Positions 9,510 through 20,792 are shown, counted from the first letter of the stretch. The stretch: DNA of 64,000 nucleotides from an uncultured Cytophagales bacterium (GCA_963719525.1 CAVRCG010000004.1:925579-989578), one strand, 5' to 3'. Notes: a model not told the origin generated them from the sequence alone. Program-made: numbers and translations.

Positions 9510-11693
9510 CTATTTCACAAACAAAAGTTCACGATATTTAGGTATTTGCCAAAGCTCATCGTTGACAAACTGCTCTAACTTATCGGTTTCATAGCGAATC
9601 TTGTCAAAATAAGGCTTAATTTTATTGCAATAGGCTTCTGCACCTTCTTGTGGTTCTAAAAGGTTTGCTTTCTTGCGCTCGTTTATCATTTCTTTTACCA
9701 GTTTTGTAGCTTTATTAATGTGTTTCGAAATCCTACGAGCTGTATCATTTATCATTTCCATGTCATTATCCAAATCAATTTTTTTCATTTTATGGATAGT
9801 TTCAGAAATTTCGCCTAGATATTTCATAGCCGAAGGAACGACATGATTTATGGTAAGGTCGCCAATCAAACGAGATTCAATTTGAACTTGATGCAGGTAA
9901 TTTTCTAAGTGAATTTCCTGACGTGCTTCAATTTCATCTTCTGTTAAGATTTTATTATCTGTAAATAATTTCTTTCCTTTTTGGGTAAGATTAGCCTTTA
10001 GAGCTTCTGGAGTAGTTTTGAAGTTAGAAAGTCCACGTTTTTGAGCTTCTTCTGCCCACTCCTCGCTATAATTATTTCCCTCAAAACGAACTGCTTTTGA
10101 TTCTTTGATATAACGGCGAAGTACATTGACAATAGCGAGTTCCCTTTTATCGCCATCTAATTCTAATTTTTCTACTTCTTCATAAAACTTAGTAAGTTGG
10201 TCTGCGACAGCCGTATTCAGAACCATCATCGGAAGCGAACAGTTAGCCGAAGAACCAACGGCACGAAACTCAAATTTATTTCCTGTAAAAGCAAAAGGCG
10301 AAGTACGATTTCTATCCGTATTGTCTAACAAAATTGGTGGAATTTTATCAATTCCTAACTTGATGTACATATTATCTCCTTTTCCAACTTCTACTTTTGC
10401 GTTTTCTTCCAATTCATTCAAAACTTTATCTAACTGCGAACCTACAAAAACAGAAATAATTGCTGGTGGAGCTTCATTTGCACCCAAACGATAATCATTC
10501 GAATCTGATGCAATACTTGCTCGCAACAAATCGGCGTGTTCGTGAACAGCTTTAATTGTATTTACAAAAAAGGCTAGAAACTGTAAATTTTCTTTTGGCT
10601 TATTTGATGGAGCTAATAAATTTTTCCCTGTATCGGTACTCAATGCCCAATTGTTGTGTTTTCCACTTCCATTTACTCCTTGAAACGGTTTTTCATGGAA
10701 CAGAACTTTCAAATTATGACGTTCTGCAACTCTACTCATGACATCCATCAAAACCATATTGTGATCGACGGCTACATTTACTTCCTCAAATTGTGGAGCG
10801 CATTCAAATTGTGCAGGTGCAACTTCATTATGACGAGTCGTAATTGGAATACCTAACTTCAATGATTCAATTTCAAAATCTTGCATAAATGCTTTCACTC
10901 GTGAAGGAATCGAACCAAAATAATGATCGTCTAATTGTTGCCCACGAGCAGGCGCATGACTCAAAACAGTACGACCACCAAGCATCAAATCATGACGAGC
11001 ATAAAAGAGTGATTTATCGACTACAAAAAATTCCTGTTCCACGCCCAAAGTAACCGTAACTTTATTTACGTTTCTATCAAAGAGTTGACAAACATTTGTT
11101 GCAGCACGATTAAGTAAATCTATAGAACGAATAAGAGGCGTTTTATGGTCTAATGCTTCACCAGTATAAGAAACAAAAAGTGAAGGAATACAAAGTGTTT
11201 TTCCTCCTCCACTCTCTACAATAAAAGCAGGAGAAGACGGGTCCCAAGCTGTATAACCACGAGCTTCGAAGGTTACACGAAGTCCACCACTCGGAAAAGA
11301 AGACGCATCAGGTTCTTGTTGAACTAAAGTTGAGCCTTTAAATTCTTCTAATGGAGTTCCGTCTGAACTAGGGCGAAAAAATGAATCATGTTTTTCTGCA
11401 CTCGTTCCACGCAACGGCTGAAACCAGTGTGTATAATGCGTAACACCGTTTTCGATTGCCCATGCTTTCATTCCAGAAGCAACTGCATCGGCAAGACGAG
11501 TATCTATTTTTTGCCCTTTTTCGATAGCTGCATTTAGATTTTTGAAAGTGGTAGAAGACAAGTAGCGTTGCATTGCTTTTTTATTAAAAACATTTACACC
11601 AAAATAATCTGAAATACGATTTGTGGGAGGAGTTACTTTTACTTCTGAACGGTTTTTGGCTTCCTTTAAGGCTTCAAAACGAATATGTGACAT
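9510..11693 (-). CDS. glnN: glutamine synthetase type III (GSIII)
   Basis: 727 aa, Bacteroides-type GSIII length and N-terminus (MSHIRFEALKEAKNRSEVKVTPPTNRISDYFGVNVF…). Confidence 0.9.
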   Translation of the reverse strand: MSHIRFEALKEAKNRSEVKVTPPTNRISDYFGVNVFNKKAMQRYLSSTTFKNLNAAIEKGQKIDTRLADAVASGMKAWAIENGVTHYTHWFQPLRGTSAEKHDSFFRPSSDGTPLEEFKGSTLVQQEPDASSFPSGGLRVTFEARGYTAWDPSSPAFIVESGGGKTLCIPSLFVSYTGEALDHKTPLIRSIDLLNRAATNVCQLFDRNVNKVTVTLGVEQEFFVVDKSLFYARHDLMLGGRTVLSHAPARGQQLDDHYFGSIPSRVKAFMQDFEIESLKLGIPITTRHNEVAPAQFECAPQFEEVNVAVDHNMVLMDVMSRVAERHNLKVLFHEKPFQGVNGSGKHNNWALSTDTGKNLLAPSNKPKENLQFLAFFVNTIKAVHEHADLLRASIASDSNDYRLGANEAPPAIISVFVGSQLDKVLNELEENAKVEVGKGDNMYIKLGIDKIPPILLDNTDRNRTSPFAFTGNKFEFRAVGSSANCSLPMMVLNTAVADQLTKFYEEVEKLELDGDKRELAIVNVLRRYIKESKAVRFEGNNYSEEWAEEAQKRGLSNFKTTPEALKANLTQKGKKLFTDNKILTEDEIEARQEIHLENYLHQVQIESRLIGDLTINHVVPSAMKYLGEISETIHKMKKIDLDNDMEMINDTARRISKHINKATKLVKEMINERKKANLLEPQEGAEAYCNKIKPYFDKIRYETDKLEQFVNDELWQIPKYRELLFVK

Positions 11694-12086
11694 AATTTAG
11701 ATATAGATTAAAAAATTGAGAATTTTGAGTGAATAATTTGTTAAGTAAAAATAGTGATTAGGCTTTTTTTATTAGGTCAATTTTTGAAAAATGAAGTGAC
11801 TTTTATAAATATGACATTTAATTATAAGTCAAATGTAGATAAATTTTGTCAATTAATTGCAAATGACCTTAAAAACAAACCTATTTTTATTTTTTGTAAA
11901 GTTTGTTTTACTATAAATAAACATGTGTTTTTTAATCTTGTTTAGAAAATTATCAATTTACTCAACTCTACCATGGACTTCCTATTCTGTCTAAATAAAT
12001 TCGTATATTTGATGAAGGAAAAAATGAAATAAGTTTAGACTTTCTTAAAGAAATTGCTACACAATATTGGAAAAATTTTTCTAAAT

Positions 12087-12144
12087 GAGTTTCTACCATT
12101 GCTCGTGTCCTCTTCGCCGTTGTTGGTGTCCCCACCAACGACAT
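12087..12144. repeat. REP-like palindromic repeat (composite: ccattgctcgtgtcc + cgccgttgttggtgtccccaccaacgac)
   Basis: hairpin gttggtg-tcccc-accaac; 5' half (ccattgctcgtgtcc) identical to start of the copy at 59684. Confidence 0.6.
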
Positions 12145-12249
12145 CATTTATTATAAAAAAAACACAAATCCATTTTCTACGTTCTTACTAAGTAGAATTT
12201 TTTTAACTTTCGCAAAAACAGCTAAATTTTAGCTTTTATCGATATCTAT

Positions 12250-12278
12250 GCCGTTGTCGGTGTCCTCACCGATGACAC
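12250..12278. repeat. REP-like palindromic repeat (ccgttgtcggtgtcctcaccgatgacacc)
   Basis: 6-bp stem ggtgtc/gacacc; family 1 variant; 20 bp upstream of the DUF445-like gene. Confidence 0.55.
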
Positions 12279-12300
12279 CAATACTAATTAAAACCTTTTT

Positions 12301-15300
12301 ATGGTCGGACTTACTTACGCAGCAAAAGCACTCACAGGCGCATTTGTGGGATATATTACAAATGATTTGGCAATTCAGATGCTTTTCAGAAAGCGTTTTG
12401 GTTTGGGTGGCATTTTTCTCAAAACACATCACGAATTTGTAATCAATATTAGCAAACTCGTCGAAAAAGATATTCTAAATCATAAAACGTTGCTGCCAAA
12501 AATAGAAAACGAACAATTTCAGAAGGCACTTCAAAAAACGGTTCAGACGTATATCGAATCAAAACTGGGAGCTTCTGTTTCAGATAATTTTACGCTACAA
12601 GATATTCCCAAATTTAAGGAAACCACAAATGTAGTTAGGGAACAAATAAAGGGAAGTTTGCCACAAACAGTAGAACCTTTTCTACTTCATCTTTTCAAAA
12701 GAAACTACATTAGGCGATGCCATTTCGGACGAGCAATGGCAAAGTGTAAGTAAGAATATTGTGAAAGAATTAATGGCTGGCGTTTCAGAATGGAATAGTT
12801 TGGAAAAATTGGTGCGTGATTTTACAGATGAGATTGGAAACGAATCTATTTCGTCTTTTATTCATCAAGATTTACAAAATAATATCAAAGAGGAGTTACA
12901 TTTTCTGACAGCCGATTTGCATCTTTTATTAGAAGCACAGCACAAAAAACCAATAGAAAATCTAATCAATCAGACTTTTGAGGAATTAGAAATCGAAGAA
13001 CTAGTTACTAATCTGGCTGGACGAATTTCGAAAAAAACGATTAATTGATATTTTGGGAGAAGAAAAAGCAGAGCATTTAGTGAAAGAAGTTTTGAAGCGT
13101 TTGCAGGCGATTTTGGAAACCGAAGAAGGAATAAAGATTTTAGATGTCTTTTCAGATTTTTTGATTAATACATTAGAAAAGGAAGAAAAAACGATTTTCA
13201 AACTTTTAGACCCAACTACAAAAGTAACATTACAAAAATTCTTTGCTCATCAATTTCCTGCTATTTTGGTAAAAGTAATTGGTTGGCTGTATAGCCGTCA
13301 GAGGGAATTAGAAATTTTGATTGACCAAACTTTTACAAATAATGTAGAATCTGGTTTCAAAAATTGGTTGGTAAAAGTTTTTGTGGGAAGTATTAGCCAA
13401 TTGACCGATATTATTGGAAAAGTAACAAGTATTATTGATTCCTACCGTCGTAATCCTGATGAAGTGGCGAAAGAACTTACGCAGCAAGTTGTAGAATATC
13501 TGGAAAGCAAAAGTATAGGAGAAATTGTTGGAGGACTAAAAAACCAGAATACCGTTGTTTCGCTGACCAAAATTTTGCGTAAAAATGTCTATGATGCCCT
13601 TAATCGAATGGACGTAATGCCGTTAGCAAAACTATTTCTGGAGAAAGAAATTGGAGAATTTATTCCTATTGAAAAACTAACTCCGTTCTTACTTATTAAT
13701 CTAAATAAATTTAGAAAAAATTCTGTACAAACGCTTATTTTTAATGCTAAATTTTCTGAAAGACTTACAAAAGAACTCAACAAGCGAGTAGATAAAATAA
13801 TTGAAACACCTATAAATCAACTTATTGCAGCCGAACAGCGTAAAAAATTAGCGATTAATTTTGAAAAATGGGCAGTCGAAAAATCTCAAAATCACACTTC
13901 TGAAATAGCTGATTTTTTATCAAAAAATATTTCTCAAAGAGTAAATGAGCAGTCTTTGAGTCGTCTTATTTCGGCAGACCAAATTGAAGAATTAGCTATC
14001 GGACTTACAGAACGAGCAGATTCTTACGCCATAGAATTTCTAAAAGACATAGAAAACGAGGAAGTCAAAAATTACTTAGCTTCTCTCAAAAAGTTTCCCA
14101 GCATTTCGGAAGATTTATCAAAAACGCTGCACAAATTTTTGGTTCAAAACTTAGATACGCTTGTTAATGGAAGGATTGAAGAAGTCGTTCAACTTAATTT
14201 GAGCCAACAAACGCCTGAAACTATCCGAACGATGGTGGAAAAGTTTATGGGAAAAGAACTCAAACCGATTACGGCTTTGGGTGCGCTTTGGGGTGGAATT
14301 GCTGGAGGAACGCTTGCTGCAATGCCTGAAATTAATCATTTAGCATTAAAATATACTGTTCCTGCGCTTGCGTATGGGGTTACGGGTTTGGGTACAAACT
14401 GGATTGCGCTGCAAATGATTTTCAAACCTTACGAGAAAAAATATTTCCCTCTTACCAAAAAAACCGTTCCTGTTCCACTTACTCCCGGAATTGTCATAAA
14501 AAATAGAGGACGTTTTGCCGAAAATATGGGAAATTTTGTAGGTAACAAACTAATGAGTGAAGAAGGTTTGAGAACTTCTTTTGATGCCAGCAAAGATAAG
14601 ATTTTAGAGGGTGCGAAAAATTGGATTCAGTCTGATAATTATGCCAAAATTTATGAATATACAGAAGATTATAAAGCCTTTATTGCTCAAAAGGGAGCTT
14701 CTTTAAGTTGGAAATTGGTTGAAGGTTTTACTGAAAATGAAAATGATAGTTTAGACACAAATCAAGAAACTAAATTATCGTCTTTACTCAAAAAAGCAAT
14801 TCAGCCGTATCAAAAATTTACATTAGAAGACATCGATACCTCTTCTTTTGAGAGTACAGTTCTGAAATATATTCAAGATGATTCGCTTTCTGATTTGGTT
14901 TCAGAAACAGCTTTTGAGCAAATAGAAAGCTATTTGAAAAGCCACGAAACGTTGGGCGATGCGCTTCCACAATCTGTACGAACGGTTTTGTACGATAAAA
15001 TAAAAAACTGGATTAGCTTAGAAATGGATTCGTTTTTTGAGAAAATAGATAGTGATGAGCAAGTTAATTTCTTGATAAAACAATTAAATTCGGAATTTGC
15101 AGAACAGGCAACTGAACGAACTATTCAGAGTTATTTGAGCAAAAAGCAAACTCGTAATTTGGAAACAAAACTATCCGATTATTTAGTCGAACAATTACAG
15201 GACACCAAAACACAAGGAAAAGTTTTTGAATTTATCGACAAACATATTTCGACAGAAATCTCTGATGATAAAAAAATAGGAGAATTATTTGATGGTTCTT

Positions 15301-16499
15301 TGCTTAGTCTTCTGACAAATAATATCGATTTTATTATTCAAAAAATGATAGAAACAGGTGCAGAATGGCTTACTCAAAATAGTGAAGAAGTCGCTACACA
15401 AGTTTATGAGAAAGCTTATTCGGAACAAAAAGCTGCATTTATCTATAAAAAAGCAATCAAAAAAACAGCAAAAGAACTGGCTACGGAAGGAATACCAAAT
15501 TTTTTGTTAAAAGAAATTGAAAGTGTAAATCGTTTAGTTCATAATGAAGTAGAACGAATTGGAGAAGTTTCGTTAGGCGAAGTGGGTGTAAAACTCAATA
15601 ATTCGTATTTAGAAAAAACGGTTTCGAATCTTTTGGGAAATGAAACGACACAAAAAGCAGTTAGAGATTTGACAAACGAACTTTTAGAAACTCTTTTCCA
15701 GACTAAAGTTTCAACGTTTATTTCGGTTACAGATATTCATTCTTTGGAGGATTTACAAAATTTACTTCAAACAGAACTAAAACTAGCAGGAAAACACCTA
15801 AGAACGCATTATTTTTCACATCGAACGCAGTTACAAGAAAAGCCAAACGAACTTATTATTGGTGTAATTGAATCGATTTTACAAAAAAATAGCTTCGAAA
15901 ATCAAGAAAATAATTTGACTTCGAATAAAGCGTTATGGCAACGAATTGATAAATCTGCACTTAATCAAACCATTGAAAAAGTAAGCAAACAGATTTTGAA
16001 ATCGGCTGCTTTAGATGCACAAGGGCGAAGAGTGGTCGCACTTTTATTTGAGCGAATCAAAAAAATTCCAGCAAATGAGTTTGTAGATTGGACTATTTTG
16101 GAAAAAGACCTTGCGAGAGCTATTCAAAAACAGTTAGACCAGCCCAAAAACAAAGAACTTTTTGAAGAAGCATTATCTCATTTTATCCAAAAAAATCTCC
16201 TTCCACTACTAAAAAACATTCCAAATGAAAGCAAAGATTTTGTAGTCGAACTTTTATTGAATGCAGGTTTGGAAGCTCTACAAGAAGAATTACCTCATAT
16301 TTTGGCTTCTATTCCGATAAAAGATATTGTTATTTCCGAAATTTCACAGATGCCCCCACAAGAAATTGAAGCCTTGTTTAATTCGTTTGCCAAAAAGTAT
16401 TTTGATAGGCTTGTACAATATGGTTTTGGTTTTGGAATTGTCTTTGGGCTTACGCTAGATACACTTTTAGAGTTTGGGTTGGATTATGTGGAGAAGTAA
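12301..16499 (+). CDS. giant DUF445-like membrane protein (~1390 aa), reading frame broken twice (12753/12761 and 13048/13053)
   Basis: three consecutive ORFs in frames 1,2,0 with continuous sense; N-terminus …GYITNDLAIQMLFRKRF… and C-terminus …FAKKYFDRLVQYGFGFGIVFGLTLDTLLEFGLDYV resemble DUF445-family termini. Confidence 0.5.
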
Positions 16500-16524
16500 A
16501 AATTTATATTAAATAATCAAATCA

Positions 16525-16971
16525 ATGAAATATTTCATTAATAATTATGATAAAATAGCACACGAAATATTTGTGGCTGCTTTGTTCATTTTTTCACTTC
16601 TTTTTTTTACACTAACTTATAGACATTTAGGTTATTATTCAACTAGATTCATTTCCAATTTTATACAAGATGCTAGTTGTTGTGGTAGTTCTCTTACGTC
16701 TTTTGCAAAAGATGCACGTATATTTGGATTACTAATTTCCCTCTATCTTTTTCTTGAAATAGGTCTTTTGAGAAAACTATATGTTGTAACGTTCTTATTT
16801 GTCGTTTCTCTTTTTGGATCGTTATTTTTTATCTGGTTAATGAGTTTCTTTGAAGAACTAGGATGCTTGATTTCTTTCCTAATATATAAAGAGGTTTTAG
16901 TTATTTACTTCATTTATTTTTTAAGTGTGAAAGTTATTAAAAAGTTTAAGGAGAGTAGAAGCAAACTTTAA
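16525..16971 (+). CDS. hypothetical integral membrane protein
   Basis: 148 aa, 4 predicted hydrophobic helices; no recognisable motif. Confidence 0.35.
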   Translation: MKYFINNYDKIAHEIFVAALFIFSLLFFTLTYRHLGYYSTRFISNFIQDASCCGSSLTSFAKDARIFGLLISLYLFLEIGLLRKLYVVTFLFVVSLFGSLFFIWLMSFFEELGCLISFLIYKEVLVIYFIYFLSVKVIKKFKESRSKL

Positions 16972-17016
16972 ATTAAAGAATTACGTTTTGATAAAAACAC
17001 CTAAACACTAAAAATA

Positions 17017-17268
17017 ATGAAAAAAGTAACGATTGAATTAGACAACGACTTGGCTCAAAAAGTAGAGAAATTAGTTGATTCTCATACAAATAAGAATATT
17101 TTATTTGAACGATTTATATCAAATTACAGGGAAGAAATAGAACGCAAGATAGCCAAAATTGATAAAGATTTGAAAAAGTATGAAGCAAAACATAACATGT
17201 CTTCCGAAGCTTTTCATGAAAAATTTGAAAAAGGAGAAGTGGGAGATTCTACTGATGTTATGCTTTAG
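17017..17268 (+). CDS. small RHH-like (putative antitoxin-type) protein, paralog A (truncated by TAG relative to paralog B)
   Basis: 83 aa; MKKVTIELDNDLAQKVEKLV… beta-strand/helix start typical of ribbon-helix-helix; ~60% identical to 18031..18339; downstream in-frame sequence SGIYEMKLNSKIRLKEIS matches paralog B tail. Confidence 0.5.
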   Translation: MKKVTIELDNDLAQKVEKLVDSHTNKNILFERFISNYREEIERKIAKIDKDLKKYEAKHNMSSEAFHEKFEKGEVGDSTDVML

Positions 17269-17401
17269 TCGGGGATTTATGAGATGAAATTGAACAGTAA
17301 AATTAGGCTAAAAGAAATCTCATAAATTATCCTCAACGAACAGTTTTAATTCTATCTTTTTGTAAATTACGATAGAGCTAAAAAAATAAACAAAAATCAA
17401 A

Positions 17402-17617
17402 ATGGAAACAGTATTAATACAAATAAACGACTTAAAAGCCTATCAAATTTTGGAAGGTTTGGAGGATTTGAAAATAATAAAAGTTTTGGAAAAAAATAAG
17501 CAACCTAAAAAAAAACTTTCTGAAAAGTATGCAGGTAAACTCTCAAAAGAAACAGCCGAAAAATTACAAAATCATGTTACTCAAAGTAGAAACGAATGGA
17601 ACAACACAACTATTTAG
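17402..17617 (+). CDS. putative antitoxin of PIN-domain toxin (VapB-like)
   Basis: 71 aa; stop overlaps start region of the PIN gene by 22 nt, the classic TA operon arrangement. Confidence 0.5.
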   Translation: METVLIQINDLKAYQILEGLEDLKIIKVLEKNKQPKKKLSEKYAGKLSKETAEKLQNHVTQSRNEWNNTTI

Positions 17618-17982
17618 TTGATACTAATGCCGTTATAGATTATTTAGCAAATAAATTACCTGTTTCTGGAATGAATTTTATGAACTCCGTTGTTGATTCT
17701 ATTCCTATAATTTCGGTCATTACAAAAATAGAACTTTTAGGTTTTACTACTGCTAACGACGAATATGCTATTTTAGATAATTTTGTAAACGATGCTAGAA
17801 TTATAGAACTCAATAATTTTGTTGTAGAAAAGACTATCTTTATTAGAAAACAGTATAAAATTAAATTACCTGATGCTATTATTGCAGCTACAGCTTTAGT
17901 TTATGATTTAAAAGTGGTTTCAAGAAATGTAAGTGATTTTTCTATTGAAAATTTGGAAGTAATAAATCCACATGGTTTATGA
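17596..17982 (+). CDS. vapC: PIN-domain ribonuclease toxin (VapC-like)
   Basis: 128 aa; PIN acidic residues in LVDTNAVIDYL…, …ISVITKIELL…, …LPDAIIAATALVYDLKVVSRNVSDF. Confidence 0.85.
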   Translation: MEQHNYLVDTNAVIDYLANKLPVSGMNFMNSVVDSIPIISVITKIELLGFTTANDEYAILDNFVNDARIIELNNFVVEKTIFIRKQYKIKLPDAIIAATALVYDLKVVSRNVSDFSIENLEVINPHGL

Positions 17983-18030
17983 TTCTAGAATACAAAACAC
18001 ATTTTAAATATCAATTAAATATCAAGAATT

Positions 18031-18339
18031 ATGACAAAAATAGCGATTGAATTAAACAGCGATTTGGCTCAAAAAGTAGAGAAATTAGTTGATTCTTATA
18101 CGAACAAAAATATATTGTTCGAACAAATTATTGAAAGTCAGAAAGATAAAATAAGACAAGAAATAAACGAAATTGATAAAGATTTGAAAAAGTATGAAGC
18201 AAAATATACTATGTCTTCAGAAAACTTTTATGATAAATTTGAAAAAGGAGAAGCAGGTGATTCTCATGATTTTATGATTTGGGCAGGAATTTATGAAATG
18301 CAATTAAAGCGTAAAATTAAACTTGAAAAAATCTTATAA
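18031..18339 (+). CDS. small RHH-like (putative antitoxin-type) protein, paralog B (full length)
   Basis: 102 aa; MTKIAIELNSDLAQKVEKLVDSYTNKNILFEQ… paralog of 17017..17268. Confidence 0.5.
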   Translation: MTKIAIELNSDLAQKVEKLVDSYTNKNILFEQIIESQKDKIRQEINEIDKDLKKYEAKYTMSSENFYDKFEKGEAGDSHDFMIWAGIYEMQLKRKIKLEKIL

Positions 18340-18543
18340 TTTCTAATTAAATTACTCGCTATCCTTCAAATATTTAAGTAAATCTACCAAATGTTGTTCT
18401 GAATGAATACGTATCAGTAGTTCAAAATACCACAGAGTTTGTTTTTCAGTTGTATGTTCAAAACGCCATTTTATTTCTAATAAGTCATTGATTATATCTG
18501 TTAAATCATCAATAGCATCTCCTATTGCCAAATTATCTTCTTT

Positions 18544-18849
18544 CTACGTTTCATTTATTTCTAAAGTAGTGCTATACCAACCCAAATCTGGAAAATTACT
18601 TTCTACAATTTTTCTTGTTTCATTATAATCAAATCTAGGAGCTTCGATTTGATTACTATCTTTGTCATCATCTTGTAATTGAGAAGAATTACTATTCAGA
18701 TAATGAGCATAAATTTCTACCAATAATCTTTTGATCTCAAGAATTTTATCTTCACATTCTACTTTTGGATTTATTCCAAATTCTGTGAGTTTATTGATTA
18801 AAACTCTAAGATCGTTTATCTTAATTTTATTTGTGTGTTTGATGTTCAT
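18544..18849 (-). CDS. hypothetical protein
   Basis: 101 aa ORF, good coding appearance, no recognisable motif. Confidence 0.35.
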   Translation of the reverse strand: MNIKHTNKIKINDLRVLINKLTEFGINPKVECEDKILEIKRLLVEIYAHYLNSNSSQLQDDDKDSNQIEAPRFDYNETRKIVESNFPDLGWYSTTLEINET

Positions 18850-18900
18850 TTCTTATTATTCTCTCGTCCCTCGCCCCCATTCTCTCGCCCCTAATTCCCC

Positions 18901-19773
18901 CTAATACAAAAACTCAATTTCTTTATTCTCAAAATAGCTAATTTTCCCACTTTGTCCTGCTATTTCTAATGCTAATTTTCCTTCTGCATTAATTCCCAAA
19001 ATCTGTCCTGTAAATTTTTGATTTTTGAGTTTGTCTTTGTAATAATGCCACTCTTGATAACGAAAAAGATGCGAAAGATAATCGGCTCTTAAAGTTTCTC
19101 GTTTTCCTGCTCGTAATTGCAAATAACGTTTTTCTATAAAAAAAAGAATTTCAGTCAGTATTTCTTCTTTGTTCCAGTCTTGGTTTGTCAAGTCCTTTAT
19201 TGAAATAGCCCTATTTGTAGTATCTTCTAAACTATTTTCTGAATTGATTGGGTCAAAAATCTGATTAACATTAATTCCAATTCCTACAATACTCTGACTA
19301 ATCCGATTTGAATTAATTTGATTTTCTATAAGTATTCCTCCTATTTTCTTATTATTCAATTTGTTGTTGAAGGTATGATTAATAAAAATATCATTCGTCC
19401 ATTTTATCTGAAAAGTATCAGCAATTTCTGGAAAATCCGTCTTCAAAACCTGCTCCAACGCATCACGTACACCCAAAGAAACAGCAATCGTAATCCAAAA
19501 TGATTCTTTTGGAGATAAAAAAGTAGGATTGAGTAAAATAGAAAAAGTAAGATTTTCATTTTCCTTCGATATCCAATTATTTCCACGTTGTCCTTTTCCT
19601 TTTGTTTGATGATTTGTCCAAAGAAGTGTTCCTTCAAAAACACTCGTTTTATCGCTGATTTTTTGCTCGTTTATACGCAACGCCAAACTCTCATTGGTGG
19701 ACTGACAGCTTGGCAGATAAATTTGATTTTGTCCTATAAATAATCCCTTTGTATGAATTTTGTAATTGTCCAT
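18901..19773 (-). CDS. birA: biotin--[acetyl-CoA-carboxylase] ligase (BirA catalytic domain family)
   Basis: 290 aa; biotin-protein ligase signature QTKGKGQRGNNWIS (QxxGRGRxGxxWxS). Confidence 0.7.
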   Translation of the reverse strand: MDNYKIHTKGLFIGQNQIYLPSCQSTNESLALRINEQKISDKTSVFEGTLLWTNHQTKGKGQRGNNWISKENENLTFSILLNPTFLSPKESFWITIAVSLGVRDALEQVLKTDFPEIADTFQIKWTNDIFINHTFNNKLNNKKIGGILIENQINSNRISQSIVGIGINVNQIFDPINSENSLEDTTNRAISIKDLTNQDWNKEEILTEILFFIEKRYLQLRAGKRETLRADYLSHLFRYQEWHYYKDKLKNQKFTGQILGINAEGKLALEIAGQSGKISYFENKEIEFLY

Positions 19774-20092
19774 TATAAATGAATAGTTTGCTTATTTTCT
19801 TGATTAATACCGTATCTTTGTAGTTAAATTGTTTTTATAAGTAGCAGATAGTTTCCAACTATTATATTACTTTGTCGTTTACCACATAATTTTTACTGTT
19901 GTTGGTATTTTAGATTTTATGGAACAAAATGGAACAAAAAGCTACTTTAAAGTGTAAAAGGAAAGTATAAAAAAAGGAATGTAAATCAATACTCAAAATT
20001 ATGAAAGCCAATTACTTTCCTCTAATTTATATATAAAATAAAATTTTCCGTACTTTTTAGAGTTATGGAATCAAAATTACTAAATCTAAACT

Positions 20093-20467
20093 ATGACTCA
20101 AAAACAGTCGGCTAATTCACAAATGCTTTCACAAGCAGTAGTGGCAGGTCTTCAAGACCGAAAAGGAAAATCAATTACACTTCTTGACCTTAGAGATGTC
20201 AAAAATTCTATTGCAGATTTTTTTATTATCTGTACAGGAACGTCAGATACACACGTCGATGCGCTCAAAACTTCGGTAGAAGTACAAACTTACAAACAAC
20301 ATAAACAAGATCCTTGGCATGTAGAAGGTAGAGAAAATCGTCAATGGATTTTGATGGATTATGTAGATGTTGTGGTTCATATTTTTCAAGCTGAGAAACG
20401 AGAACGTTTTGGCTTAGAAGAACTTTGGGGAGATGCAAAAATTACTCAAATTCCTGATTTGGAGTAA
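20093..20467 (+). CDS. rsfS: ribosome silencing factor RsfS (Iojap)
   Basis: 124 aa; …FFIICTGTSDTHVDAL…WILMDYVDVVVHIFQAEKRERFGLEELW… typical RsfS. Confidence 0.85.
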   Translation: MTQKQSANSQMLSQAVVAGLQDRKGKSITLLDLRDVKNSIADFFIICTGTSDTHVDALKTSVEVQTYKQHKQDPWHVEGRENRQWILMDYVDVVVHIFQAEKRERFGLEELWGDAKITQIPDLE

Positions 20468-20792
20468 ATAAGAATAGAAAATTAGAAAATAACAAATTAA
20501 AGGTAAAATGGAGTTGATCAAAATTCTATTTTACTTTTTGGTTAATAGTGAAAATAAAATTTATCAATACTTAACCTTATTTATTTCAAACAGAATGAAA
20601 TAACAAAATTTTGATAAAACGATTACAAACAATAGAACTAACTTTTCGTTTATTAACCGATAATTTAGATTCATAGACCCAAACAGATTTAATAGAATTA
20701 GAAACCGAACTATAAAAATAGATTTAGCGTAGTGCAAAAAAGGTTATGCTAAATAAATCTATCATTATATACACTTATATACTTTTTTATAA

